Assembly: GCA_947452535.1 (NCBI GenBank)
Contig: CANGCM010000002.1
Location: forward strand, 41,548-105,547
DNA from: Burkholderiaceae bacterium
GTDB taxonomy: Bacteria; Pseudomonadota; Gammaproteobacteria; Burkholderiales; Burkholderiaceae
Direction: 5' to 3'
Length of the DNA: 64,000 bases
Position 1 is the first letter of the stretch. Every line of letters starts with the position of its first letter. The notes under the pieces are model-generated. The model was not told where the DNA came from. It worked only from the letters and a program-made list of their open reading frames with translations, and ran no database searches. Positions 39,638-49,319 of this stretch are shown one piece after another. A program made the position numbers and the translations under genes.

Positions 39638-42208
39638 TTAGGGCTGAACCTTCTCCTTGAGGTAGGCAAGCGATTCTTCTACCTGATCAATCAGTATGAG
39701 GCAGATATCACCAGCAGATAAATCATTTAGTGCGGTATCAATCGCTAAAAATTCGCCGGTGATTTCTTTTACTTGTTTGGCTTTCTTAGTTCCCACCAAG
39801 CCTTCTCGTAAAAGTTTGAGTACTTCTCCATCTTCGCGGCCTCGTTGACATTGATCTTGGTAGAGGATGACATTATCAAAGCTATTACCAAGGATGCGTG
39901 TGAGATCACGAATATCTTCATCGCGACGATCGCCAGCGCCACTAATCACTACATGACTCTTCTTGGGCTTCATCGCCTCAATGGCACTTGCTAGGGCACG
40001 CATTGCATCAGGGTTATGGCCATAGTCAGCAATGACCGTAGCACCCTTGTGCTGGAATTGATTAAAGCGCCCTGGCACCACATTGGCTGAGCTCTCAAAG
40101 GAGTGAAGTCCACGTGCAATTTTGTCAGCATCCAAGCCTAAGGCCCAGGCTGCACCGATTGACGCCATTGCATTTTCAACTTGGAATCCTAAAACAGCAT
40201 TTTGAGTAAATGGAATTTCACTCACCGGGAAGCGGAAGAGCACGCGTGAGCCTTTGGAGCAGACGATATAAGTGCCATCAAAGTAAATAACCTTTTTATT
40301 TTTGGCGCGATGTGCTGCAATGACAGGATGATGTTGATTCTGCGCAAAGAAAATCACTCTGCCGGTGCAGACATCACCCATTTTCACAACAATCGGATCG
40401 GCGGCATTCAAAACTGCTGCACCAGTTGGCGCGACATTTTGAACTACAACCCTTTTGAGGATTGCCAAGTCTTCAACACTAGCAATGTAGTTGAGTCCTA
40501 GGTGGTCACCTTCACCGATATTGGTAACCACGGCAACCTCACATCGATCAAAGCCTAAACCTTCGCGTAACATTCCACCACGGGCGGTTTCTAGAACTGC
40601 CGCATCCACATCAGGATGCATAAGGACATTGCGAGCACTCTTAGGACCGCTACAGTCACCAGAATCAATTAAGCGATGGTTGATATACACCCCATCGGTA
40701 GTCGTCATACCAACACGTAAGCCAGTCTCATTCAGTAAATGAGCGATAAGTCGGACAGTAGTCGTTTTGCCATTAGTCCCGGTCACCGCTACGACTGGGA
40801 TGCGACCATCTTCGCCTAAGGGATACATCATATTAATGATGTCTTCACCAACGGGTCGACTCTTGCCATAGGAGGGTTTTAGGTGCATCCGTAAGCCTGG
40901 TGCAGCATTGACTTCTACGATGCCGCCGCCTTGACTTTCCAGGGGCTTATAAATAGCCTCACACAGAATATCTACACCAGCGATGTCTAAGCCGATCATT
41001 TGTGCGGCAGCAATTGCGCTGGCGGCAACATCAGGATGTACGTCATCCGTAACATCAGTTGCTGTGCCACCAGTACTCAGGTTGGCGTTATTACGTAGCA
41101 GAACACGTTCACCGGTTTTAGGTACATATAGCGGGCTCAAGCCATTGCTCGCTAAATGCGTCAGAGCAATATCATCAAAACGAATCTTGGTTAAGGCGGT
41201 TGCGTGGCCATCACCCCGCAATGGATTTTTATTTTCTAGTTCAACGAGCTGAGCAACACTCAGCTTGCCATCGCCAACAACTTGCGCAGGTTCGCGTCGT
41301 GCTGCGGCCGAGAGACGATTGCCCACAACCAGGAGGCGATAGTCGGCTCCAGGAAGGTAGCGCTCAACGATCGTTTCACGACCAAAAGCTTGGGTCACTG
41401 TAAAGCCAGCGCGCACTTCTGCTTCGGTTTGAATATTAGCAACCACACCTTTACCTTGGTTGCCATCTTTTGGCTTTAGCACAATCGGTCCGCCAATATT
41501 TTGCGCTACGCGCCACGCATCATCAGCGGTGGTGACTACATCACCGATCGGCACGGATACCCCAGCGGCAGCCAATAAATTCTTGGTGAGTTCTTTATCT
41601 TGAGCAATGGCTTCTGCAATTGCGCTAGTGTCACTAGTCTCAGCCGCTTGGATCCGTTTTTGTTTGCTACCCCAACCAAATTGCACCATGCTGCCTTCAG
41701 TCATGCGGCGAAAGGGGATGTTTCTTTGCACAGCAGCATCCACAATAGATCCAGTGCTTGGTCCTAGGCGAACATCCTCATACAGAGCTTCTAATTCTGA
41801 TAGGGCGGCAGCAAGGTCAAACGGTACATCACTAAGAGTTGCTTGAATCAGTGCAAATGCAAAGTCAAACGCCATGCGCCCCACAACTTCCTCGGAGTAC
41901 TCCACCACAACTTGGTAGACACCCACCTCAATCGTTTGCACTGTGCGACTAAAGGTAACAGGGCAGCCTGCTTGAGACTGAAGACCTAGCGCAGCATGTT
42001 CGAGCGCATGGGCTAAGGACAGGGTTTCGTTATGACCACCGCGACGCATGCTCCCTAATTGAGGAAAGCGTTCACGGATCTTGTTTTCAAATTGCGGAAT
42101 CGAATCGATTGAACGCTCCGATTCTTCACAAGAAACAATTGCCTCTAGGGCGGTATGGCGACTCCATAAATTGGGGCCGCGTAGCATTCGAATACGGGTG
42201 ATTTCCAA
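39638..42208 (-). CDS. cphA: Cyanophycin synthetase, full length (betaproteobacterial CphA3 type)
   Basis: RGPNLWS, LGPSTGSIV, ATP-grasp KPKDGNQGKGV / NANLSTGG / EVNAAPGLRMH, Mur-ligase GTNGKTT, LETARGG, DHLG, DYGHNPDA. TTG start with SD AGGGG. Confidence 0.93.
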   Translation of the reverse strand: MEITRIRMLRGPNLWSRHTALEAIVSCEESERSIDSIPQFENKIRERFPQLGSMRRGGHNETLSLAHALEHAALGLQSQAGCPVTFSRTVQTIEVGVYQVVVEYSEEVVGRMAFDFAFALIQATLSDVPFDLAAALSELEALYEDVRLGPSTGSIVDAAVQRNIPFRRMTEGSMVQFGWGSKQKRIQAAETSDTSAIAEAIAQDKELTKNLLAAAGVSVPIGDVVTTADDAWRVAQNIGGPIVLKPKDGNQGKGVVANIQTEAEVRAGFTVTQAFGRETIVERYLPGADYRLLVVGNRLSAAARREPAQVVGDGKLSVAQLVELENKNPLRGDGHATALTKIRFDDIALTHLASNGLSPLYVPKTGERVLLRNNANLSTGGTATDVTDDVHPDVAASAIAAAQMIGLDIAGVDILCEAIYKPLESQGGGIVEVNAAPGLRMHLKPSYGKSRPVGEDIINMMYPLGEDGRIPVVAVTGTNGKTTTVRLIAHLLNETGLRVGMTTTDGVYINHRLIDSGDCSGPKSARNVLMHPDVDAAVLETARGGMLREGLGFDRCEVAVVTNIGEGDHLGLNYIASVEDLAILKRVVVQNVAPTGAAVLNAADPIVVKMGDVCTGRVIFFAQNQHHPVIAAHRAKNKKVIYFDGTYIVCSKGSRVLFRFPVSEIPFTQNAVLGFQVENAMASIGAAWALGLDADKIARGLHSFESSANVVPGRFNQFQHKGATVIADYGHNPDAMRALASAIEAMKPKKSHVVISGAGDRRDEDIRDLTRILGNSFDNVILYQDQCQRGREDGEVLKLLREGLVGTKKAKQVKEITGEFLAIDTALNDLSAGDICLILIDQVEESLAYLKEKVQP

Positions 42209-42216
42209 TTAAGCCC

Positions 42217-44400
42217 CTACTGGATGCTGGCATCAGAAACAAAGGTTTCAGCGCCAGCCTCGATAACGTTAAATGGAATGCCTAAGGCCCAAGCTGCCCC
42301 AATTGCAGCACCGAGATTCATGGGTTTCCATGGCTCATTCGTATTTGGCTCAGAGTGGTGTGGCACAGGAATACTCTTTTGATCTAGCTTGCCAGATTTC
42401 AAGGTAATTTGCTGATTGCCAATAATAACAACGCGACCACCATTTTTTAAGTGCTCTTGTGTAATAGGGGATGAAGAATCTTGGGTAAAAAAGATGACTT
42501 CGCCATCACACAGCTCCGCCATTTTTGCAACTAGAGGGTCGTCTGCATTGAGAACAGCAACACCAGTTGGTAGCACAACATCCACTTGCGTTCTGACGAT
42601 GCTAAAGACCTGGTCCTCATCAAAAATAGCGTACTGAGGAAAGTTGGCTGTTGGGTCTATGTTCATCACAACACCTACTTGGCAGCGGTCATAGGCAAGA
42701 CCTTCGATCAACATGGATAAATTGTTATTCTCGATAACGGCTGCTTCAACAGCGCGATTTAGCAAAGTACGGCGGGCATTTTCCCAATTAGCAGCATTGC
42801 TCTTTTGGATTGAGCGGTGACCAAAAAATAAACCTTTGCTACAAGAAAGGCCAACATATAAATTAGTCAGTCGCAGAAAGTGCGCAATCATTTCAGCGAC
42901 AGGGGTTTTACCTCGTGCGCCACATACACCCACCACTGGAATGCGGAAATCCGTTCCTGGTGGAAAGAGGTGATCGGTAATTGCTTTGCCAACAGGCTGA
43001 GGTTTACCGCTCGCTGGTTTTAAGTGCATCAATAAGCCAGGACCAGCATTCACTTCTACAATGGCGGCATTCTGTCCTTCTAGGGGCTTGCTGATATCTT
43101 GGGCCACAAGATCAACGCCCGCGATTTCCAATCCAACCACGCGTGCAGCTAAGGCAACCTGACTAGCTACCTCAGGGTGGACTAGGTCGGTGACATCAAA
43201 GGCCATATTACCGTTGCTCTGAATCAGTACTTTTTGATCAAGAGTCGGAACACTGGAACCAGTCAACTTTTGGCGCGCAAGCTCTAACTCGACCGCAGAA
43301 TCAATGCGAACTGGGTTGAGTGGGCACTCTTCAGTTGTACCACGACGTGGATCAGAGTTAATTTGAATTTGAATCAACTCTAGAACGGTATTTTTTCCAT
43401 CACCTGTGACCCAAACGGTTTCACCCTTAGCGGCTGCAACCACTTTATTACCCACTACGAGTAGACGGTGCTCATCACCAATAATGTGGCGCTCAACCAA
43501 GACCTCGCTACCCTCATCAATCGCTACCGCGTAAGCAGCTTTAATTTCTTGTTGGGTGTAGAGATTAATAAATACTCCACGACCGTGATTGCCATCAATC
43601 GGCTTCACTACAACGGGTAATCCAATGTCCTGTGCTGCTTCCCAGGCATCATCGGGACTAGTGACCGTGCGACCCTCAGGGGTTGGCACTCCCGCGCTTG
43701 CTAGAAGGCTCTTCGTCAGATCCTTGTCGCGAGAAATCGTTTCCGCGATGGCGCTAGTTTGATCGGTTTCTGCTGTCCAAATGCGACGCTGATTCGCGCC
43801 ATAACCCAGTTGCACTAAGTTACCTTCGGATAGACGGATAGAGGGTATTCCGCGTTCTTCTGCTGCGTTAACGATGCAAGCAGTGCTAGGTCCAAGCAAT
43901 AGATCATCGCCAAGATCGCGTAGTTCTTTAACGATGGTAGCAACCAGTGTGACTGGATCTTGGGTATCTTGGGCTAAGGCAAGATATAAGTCGCGAGCAT
44001 ATTTCAGCGCAGTGAGAGTCACCTCTTCATTGATGGCGCTTACCATCACTTTGTAAACACTGCGACGATCGCCGTCACGTGCCTTACCAAATCCACCCGG
44101 AATACCAGATAAATTTTGTAATTCAAGGGTGAGGTGCTCAAGGATGTGAGCAGGCCAGGTGCCTTCTTCAACTCTTTTGAGGAATCCACCAGCTTCGCCA
44201 TAACTACAGCGGTGTTCTTGCAAGCTAGGGAGTGCCTTTACAAGACGATCATAAAACCCAGGAATCAGGTTGGAGGGGTAGTCCTCCAAGTCGCCGATAT
44301 CGACCCAAACCTCAATGACAGGATGATATGTCCACATATTGGGGCCGCGGAGATGCTTGACGCTCAAGATCTCGATGGTTTTATCTAGTAATTGGGGCAT
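42217..44400 (-). CDS. cphA: Cyanophycin synthetase paralog, C-terminally shortened (CphA3'-type)
   Basis: RGPNMW, HRCS..GGF..R...GT..HILEH, LGPSTACIV, KPIDGNHGRGV. Mur-domain P-loop is degenerate (GARGKT). Start at ATG 44400 or GTG 44427. Confidence 0.88.
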   Translation of the reverse strand: MPQLLDKTIEILSVKHLRGPNMWTYHPVIEVWVDIGDLEDYPSNLIPGFYDRLVKALPSLQEHRCSYGEAGGFLKRVEEGTWPAHILEHLTLELQNLSGIPGGFGKARDGDRRSVYKVMVSAINEEVTLTALKYARDLYLALAQDTQDPVTLVATIVKELRDLGDDLLLGPSTACIVNAAEERGIPSIRLSEGNLVQLGYGANQRRIWTAETDQTSAIAETISRDKDLTKSLLASAGVPTPEGRTVTSPDDAWEAAQDIGLPVVVKPIDGNHGRGVFINLYTQQEIKAAYAVAIDEGSEVLVERHIIGDEHRLLVVGNKVVAAAKGETVWVTGDGKNTVLELIQIQINSDPRRGTTEECPLNPVRIDSAVELELARQKLTGSSVPTLDQKVLIQSNGNMAFDVTDLVHPEVASQVALAARVVGLEIAGVDLVAQDISKPLEGQNAAIVEVNAGPGLLMHLKPASGKPQPVGKAITDHLFPPGTDFRIPVVGVCGARGKTPVAEMIAHFLRLTNLYVGLSCSKGLFFGHRSIQKSNAANWENARRTLLNRAVEAAVIENNNLSMLIEGLAYDRCQVGVVMNIDPTANFPQYAIFDEDQVFSIVRTQVDVVLPTGVAVLNADDPLVAKMAELCDGEVIFFTQDSSSPITQEHLKNGGRVVIIGNQQITLKSGKLDQKSIPVPHHSEPNTNEPWKPMNLGAAIGAAWALGIPFNVIEAGAETFVSDASIQ

Positions 44401-44610
44401 ATGTGGAATGGGTAGTCTTAGCACCACCTCAGGAGGTGAGAGCGGGGATAAGTCAGGCTGTCTCTCTAGTTCTTATAATTATTCTAAATCCACAAAATTG
44501 GCAAAAATACTTAAAAAAGCCCATATTGATAATTTAACGGCTTTCCGCCCTCTAAAGTTGACAGAGCCACTAAATCTAAAAAATGGAGCTCCACTATACT
44601 TTTAGGACTA

Positions 44611-46959
44611 ATGAAGCTAGAAATTTCCCCATCCACAACGCCTATACCAAGTAATTGGGCTAGCGCTTTGATGGGATCTCAGCCACCCGTCAAAGACTTT
44701 GACTCAATGCTGGCATGGGTTGAGCTGGATCTCGATGGTGAAATGCGCTTTAAAAAAAGCCTGCTTTGCTTGCTTCCTACAGGGCTATTTTGGACCGACG
44801 GCACCCGCTCAGAATTCTGGCCGATAAGCTCTGGGGCACATCTTCTTCACGGCGATCATGCTGGAGTAGGTCATCTCAAACTGGAGTCTCAGACTAGTCT
44901 ACTCAGACTTTGGCATTTCACACTGGCAGTGAACCCGCAAATACTTCGCCTCCAAAGTAGTTTTAAGCAGTTGATGCGAGGTGATTTAGAGAGTCAGGAT
45001 CCAAAGGCATCTGAATACGATAAGCAGGTTTGCCCTGCCTGTTTAAGTCCTAAGCCTACCAATTCCGATATTTGCCCTACTTGCGATCCCGAGGAGGATG
45101 CGCCTCCCTCTACTTGGACCTTGTTTAAGTTGTGGCGTTTTGCTCGCCCCTATAAAAAAGAGCTGTTACTAGGTTTTATTCTGACTTTACTGTCAACGGG
45201 TGCAACCTTAATTCCGCCTTACTTGACGATGCCTTTGATGGATCATGTATTAATTCCTTATGAAAAAGGGAATCCGATTGATTTTGATTTGGCAAGCAAA
45301 TACTTAATCGCTTTATTTGCAGCTGCCGTGGTGGCATGGGGCTTGGGTTGGTGGAAAACCTACCTCCTCGCATTGGTGAGTGAGCGCATTGGGGCGGATT
45401 TACGCAACACGACTTTTGAGCATCTACTTAAGTTGTCTTTGGAGTATTTTGGCGGCAAAAGAACGGGTGATTTAATTGCGCGCATCGGCGCTGAGACGGA
45501 TCGTATTTGTGTATTTCTATCCCTCTACGCGCTAGACTTTGTAACCGATGTAATCATGATCACCATGACTGCAGCGATCTTGGTTTCGATTGATCCCTTG
45601 CTTGCTCTAGTGACACTTGCACCCTTACCATTTATTGTCTGGATGATTCATGTAGTGCGAGACAAACTCCGTTTTGGTTTTGAGAAGATCGATCGTATCT
45701 GGTCTGAGGTAACTAATATCTTGGCCGATACGATTCCAGGTATTCGGGTTGTTAAAGCCTTTGCTCAGGAAGAGCGTGAGCTCAAGCGTTTCGTAGATTC
45801 CAATAAACATAATTTACAAATTAATGATCGCGTAAATCGCGTGTGGGGATTATTCTCGCCAACGGTCACCCTTTTAACTGAAACAGGTCTCTTAGTGGTG
45901 TGGGGATTTGGTATTTGGCAGGTGGCTCATCAAAAAGTAACCGTAGGCGTGCTCATTGCCTTCCTTGCTTATATTGGACGCTTTTATATTCGCCTAGATT
46001 CAATGAGCCGGATTGTTTCACATACACAAAAAGCAGCTGCGGGAGCAAAACGTATCTTTGATATTTTGGATCACGTTTCTAGCGTCCCTGAGCCCATTAA
46101 TCCGGCGCCTTTAGGCCCAGTTAAAGGCCGTATCTCCATGCGGGGCGTCGGTTTCCGCTATGGTAACCGCGCTGTATCCAAGGGAATTGATCTCGATATT
46201 GCCCCGGGAGAAATGATTGGCTTAGTTGGTCATAGTGGTTCCGGTAAAAGTACTCTAGTGAACTTGATTTGTCGCTTCTACGATGTGAGTGCTGGCTCGA
46301 TCGCTTTAGATGGGCGCGATATTCGTAGTATTGGAATCGCAGACTATCGCAAGCGTATTGGTTTAGTTCTGCAGGAACCCTTTTTGTTTTTTGGCACGAT
46401 TGCAGAAAATATTGCTTATGGCAAATCCGATGCAACACGCGAAGAAATTATCGAAGCAGCACGCGCTGCACATGCTCATGAATTCATTCTCCGCCTACCA
46501 CTAGCTTATGACTCGCTAGTAGGAGAGCGCGGTCAATCACTTTCGGGTGGGGAGCGTCAGCGTATTTCGATTGCACGTGCATTGCTGATTAACCCCAGTA
46601 TTTTGATTTTGGATGAAGCTACTTCTTCAGTAGATACGACCACCGAAAAAGAAATCCAACGTGCTTTAGATAATCTAGTTAAAGGCCGTACTACGATTGC
46701 AATTGCCCATCGCCTTTCTACTCTTAGAAAAGCGGATCGCCTGGTGGTGCTCGATAAAGGCGAGATCGTGGAGATTGGTCCACACGATGAGTTAATGAAT
46801 CAGCAGGGCGCATATTACGCCCTGTATCAGGCACAACTTCGCCATGCTGCAGAGCTCGTTGAGGGCGGCGCTATTGGCGAAAGTATTGAAGAGAGTGAGA
46901 TTAAGGTCGAAGCAGAGCGCTTAGAGTTGATTGCCAGGCAAAAAAGAGGTGAGGTATGA
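44611..46959 (+). CDS. ABC exporter (TMD+NBD fusion) with N-terminal extension and CxxC-x10-CxxC zinc ribbon; cyanophycin-locus-associated
   Basis: GHSGSGKST, LSGGERQR, ILDEATS, IAHRLST, six-TM exporter domain, CPACLSPKPTNSDICPTC. Confidence 0.9.
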   Translation: MKLEISPSTTPIPSNWASALMGSQPPVKDFDSMLAWVELDLDGEMRFKKSLLCLLPTGLFWTDGTRSEFWPISSGAHLLHGDHAGVGHLKLESQTSLLRLWHFTLAVNPQILRLQSSFKQLMRGDLESQDPKASEYDKQVCPACLSPKPTNSDICPTCDPEEDAPPSTWTLFKLWRFARPYKKELLLGFILTLLSTGATLIPPYLTMPLMDHVLIPYEKGNPIDFDLASKYLIALFAAAVVAWGLGWWKTYLLALVSERIGADLRNTTFEHLLKLSLEYFGGKRTGDLIARIGAETDRICVFLSLYALDFVTDVIMITMTAAILVSIDPLLALVTLAPLPFIVWMIHVVRDKLRFGFEKIDRIWSEVTNILADTIPGIRVVKAFAQEERELKRFVDSNKHNLQINDRVNRVWGLFSPTVTLLTETGLLVVWGFGIWQVAHQKVTVGVLIAFLAYIGRFYIRLDSMSRIVSHTQKAAAGAKRIFDILDHVSSVPEPINPAPLGPVKGRISMRGVGFRYGNRAVSKGIDLDIAPGEMIGLVGHSGSGKSTLVNLICRFYDVSAGSIALDGRDIRSIGIADYRKRIGLVLQEPFLFFGTIAENIAYGKSDATREEIIEAARAAHAHEFILRLPLAYDSLVGERGQSLSGGERQRISIARALLINPSILILDEATSSVDTTTEKEIQRALDNLVKGRTTIAIAHRLSTLRKADRLVVLDKGEIVEIGPHDELMNQQGAYYALYQAQLRHAAELVEGGAIGESIEESEIKVEAERLELIARQKRGEV

Positions 46960-47432
46960 ACCATCATCAAAAACCCCATACGCTTGAGCGAGATTTGCTT
47001 GGTCGCCTCATATTGATTGATGCTAGTGGAGTTCGTCATGTGGGCGTTTATCCCGTTAGGGCTTTTCCGATTACCGCACCAGGCGCAGGAATCTCCATCA
47101 TGAATCAATCCGGCAAAGAGTTGTGTTGGTTTGATGGCAGTAAGTCGATCCCAGAATCTGAATTAGCGCTCATCGAAGAAGAAATGGCGGCACGCGAATT
47201 CATGCCTGTCATTGAAAAAATTACCAAAGTATCCACGTTTGCCACGCCAAGTATTTGGGATATTGAAACCGATCGTGGTCCGACCAGAATTCGCCTTAAG
47301 GCCGAGGAAGATATCCGCAGAATCGCTGGTAATACATTGCTGATCGCTGACTCCAATGGCCTGCAATTTTTGATCAAAGATTCCACTGAGCTGGATAAAG
47401 TCAGCAAGAAGATTTTGGACCGATTCCGCTAG
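46956..47432 (+). CDS. DUF1854-family protein
   Basis: PVRAFPITAP, REFMPVI, WDIETDRG, EEDIRR, LLIAD..G..F.I. ATGA overlap with the ABC gene. Confidence 0.82.
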   Translation: MNHHQKPHTLERDLLGRLILIDASGVRHVGVYPVRAFPITAPGAGISIMNQSGKELCWFDGSKSIPESELALIEEEMAAREFMPVIEKITKVSTFATPSIWDIETDRGPTRIRLKAEEDIRRIAGNTLLIADSNGLQFLIKDSTELDKVSKKILDRFR

Positions 47433-47627
47433 GAATTAATCCCACAAAGATTATGGGTTTAATCTCTGCTTTTGGGAGTTGAACTGCCACTAGGGTTATC
47501 CCTAAATGCCCTTTTGCTGATTATTGATAGCGATCAAGTGGCGACGTCCTTACTTGGATAAAAATCATTACATAACAAAGAAAAGCCAAAGTAATATTGG
47601 TGTACCAAATTTTTTGGAGGAGCGAAC

Positions 47628-48632
47628 ATGAAGATGAAGTTAAAAGGGGCATTGATTTCCACCGCATTAGCCCTTGGTGCCGTTAGTGTTTCACCTGCTT
47701 TTGCTGCTTGGGAACCCACTAAGCCAGTGGAGTTCATTATCCCTGCCGGACCAGGCGGCGGTGCTGACCAAATGGCACGCATGATCCAAGGCATCATTTC
47801 AAAAAATAACTTGATGAAGCAGGCCATTATTCCGGTAAATAAGTCTGCTGGTGCTGGAGCAGAGGGCTTTTTGGCAATGAAGGAGGCTAAGGGCGATCCT
47901 CACAAGATTGTGATCACGCTCTCTAACTTATTTACTACTCCATTGGCTACTGGTGTTCCATTTAATTGGAAAGATATCACCCCGGTTGCAATGTTGGCCT
48001 TAGATCAATTTGTTTTGTGGGACAACGCAGATAAGCCTTATAAAACGGCCAAAGAATACATCGATGCCGCTAAAGCAGCTGGTCCAGGTAAGTTTAAGAT
48101 GGGCGGAACAGGCTCTAAGCAAGAGGACCAAATTATTACCGTAGCTCTTGAAAAAGCCACTGGCGCTAAATTTACTTATATCCCATTTAAGGGTGGTGGC
48201 GATGTTGCTGTTCAGCTCGTTGGTAACCATATTGATTCTTCTGTGAACAACCCAATCGAAGCGGTTGCTCAGTGGCGTGCAAATAAATTGCGTGCTTTAT
48301 GTGTCTTTGATGACACTCGCATGCCTTACAAAGAGAAGATTACTGATACGCAATCTTGGTATGACGTCCCAACCTGTAAAGAGGCTGGAGTATCAACTGA
48401 TTATGTGATGTTGCGTGGTATTTTCATGGCCCCAGGCGTAACTCAAGAGCAGGTAGACTTTTATATTGATCTCTTCAAAAAGGTACGCGCGACCCCGGAG
48501 TGGAAAAAGTTCATGGCTGATGGTGCATTTAATCAAACATTCATGACTGGTAAAGAATTCAATAACTGGTTAACGCTGAATGAACTTTTGCATAAGCAGT
48601 TGATGTCTGAAGCTGGTTTTTTGGCTAAGTAA
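47628..48632 (+). CDS. tctC: Tripartite tricarboxylate transporter substrate-binding protein (TctC/Bug)
   Basis: Signal peptide, P.KPVEFIIPAGPGGGAD, YIPFKGGG, VPT.KEAG. Confidence 0.9.
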   Translation: MKMKLKGALISTALALGAVSVSPAFAAWEPTKPVEFIIPAGPGGGADQMARMIQGIISKNNLMKQAIIPVNKSAGAGAEGFLAMKEAKGDPHKIVITLSNLFTTPLATGVPFNWKDITPVAMLALDQFVLWDNADKPYKTAKEYIDAAKAAGPGKFKMGGTGSKQEDQIITVALEKATGAKFTYIPFKGGGDVAVQLVGNHIDSSVNNPIEAVAQWRANKLRALCVFDDTRMPYKEKITDTQSWYDVPTCKEAGVSTDYVMLRGIFMAPGVTQEQVDFYIDLFKKVRATPEWKKFMADGAFNQTFMTGKEFNNWLTLNELLHKQLMSEAGFLAK

Positions 48633-48647
48633 TTAGAAAAATTTAAA

Positions 48648-48676
48648 GGGGCCTCCTTATGGAGGTCCTATTTTTT
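48648..48676 (+). terminator. Intrinsic terminator or attenuating hairpin after tctC
   Basis: GGGGCCTCC-TTAT-GGAGGTCCT followed by ATTTTTT. Confidence 0.7.
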
Positions 48677-48738
48677 GGTGTTTAGCATCATTTAATTCAA
48701 AGTAGTATTTATTAATCATTTATTGGCGAGCGAAGCAC

Positions 48739-49266
48739 ATGTCTGAACCTTCAAATAATTCAAATCAAGAATCCGTGATCAGCGTGAGAATGATGGACAT
48801 CATTACCGCTCTCCTATTTATTACTGTAGGCCTAGTAGTGATGATAGGCAGCGTCAAGTTAGGTGCTAGCTGGGGTAGTGATGGACCAGAGGCTGGTTAT
48901 TTTCCGTTCTACATCAGCTTAATCATTTTAATTTCTAGTTCCGTCACCCTGTATCAAGCAGCGATTGTGGATAAGAAAAAGAAAACAGAATCATTTGTTG
49001 ATAAAGAGTCTTTTAAGCAAGTAATGGCCGTTTTATTGCCAGCAATTATTTTTGTTTTGGGTGTTCAGTTGATCGGTATTTATATATCTTCCGTGGTCTA
49101 TATTGCGATCTTCATGATTTGGCTGGGTAAGTACCCGGTATGGAAAGCGGTTGCAGTTGCGCTAGGGGTGAGCGTAGCTCTTTATCTCATGTTCGAGTAT
49201 TGGTTCCAAGTTCCATTGCCACATGGCTCATGGATTAATCCGCTTGAGTTTATTGGTGTGCAATAA
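48739..49266 (+). CDS. tctB: Tripartite tricarboxylate transporter small subunit TctB
   Basis: GPEAGYFP, F...F.VPLP.G. Lies between tctC and tctA. Confidence 0.88.
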   Translation: MSEPSNNSNQESVISVRMMDIITALLFITVGLVVMIGSVKLGASWGSDGPEAGYFPFYISLIILISSSVTLYQAAIVDKKKKTESFVDKESFKQVMAVLLPAIIFVLGVQLIGIYISSVVYIAIFMIWLGKYPVWKAVAVALGVSVALYLMFEYWFQVPLPHGSWINPLEFIGVQ

Positions 49267-49319
49267 AAAGAATCACGATTAAAAAAGATTAGAAAAGATT
49301 AGAAAAGAAGGAGTTCAAG

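Noticed and set aside
42217-44427. Shorter cphA as a pseudogene
   Set aside because: Uninterrupted ORF of over 720 aa with an intact N-domain motif and a stop codon overlapping the next gene's SD. This fits a retained paralog.
49281-49310. Short AGAAAAGATT tandem repeat before tctA
   Set aside because: About 2.5 copies in A-rich spacer DNA; likely simple slippage or an A-rich RBS enhancer.
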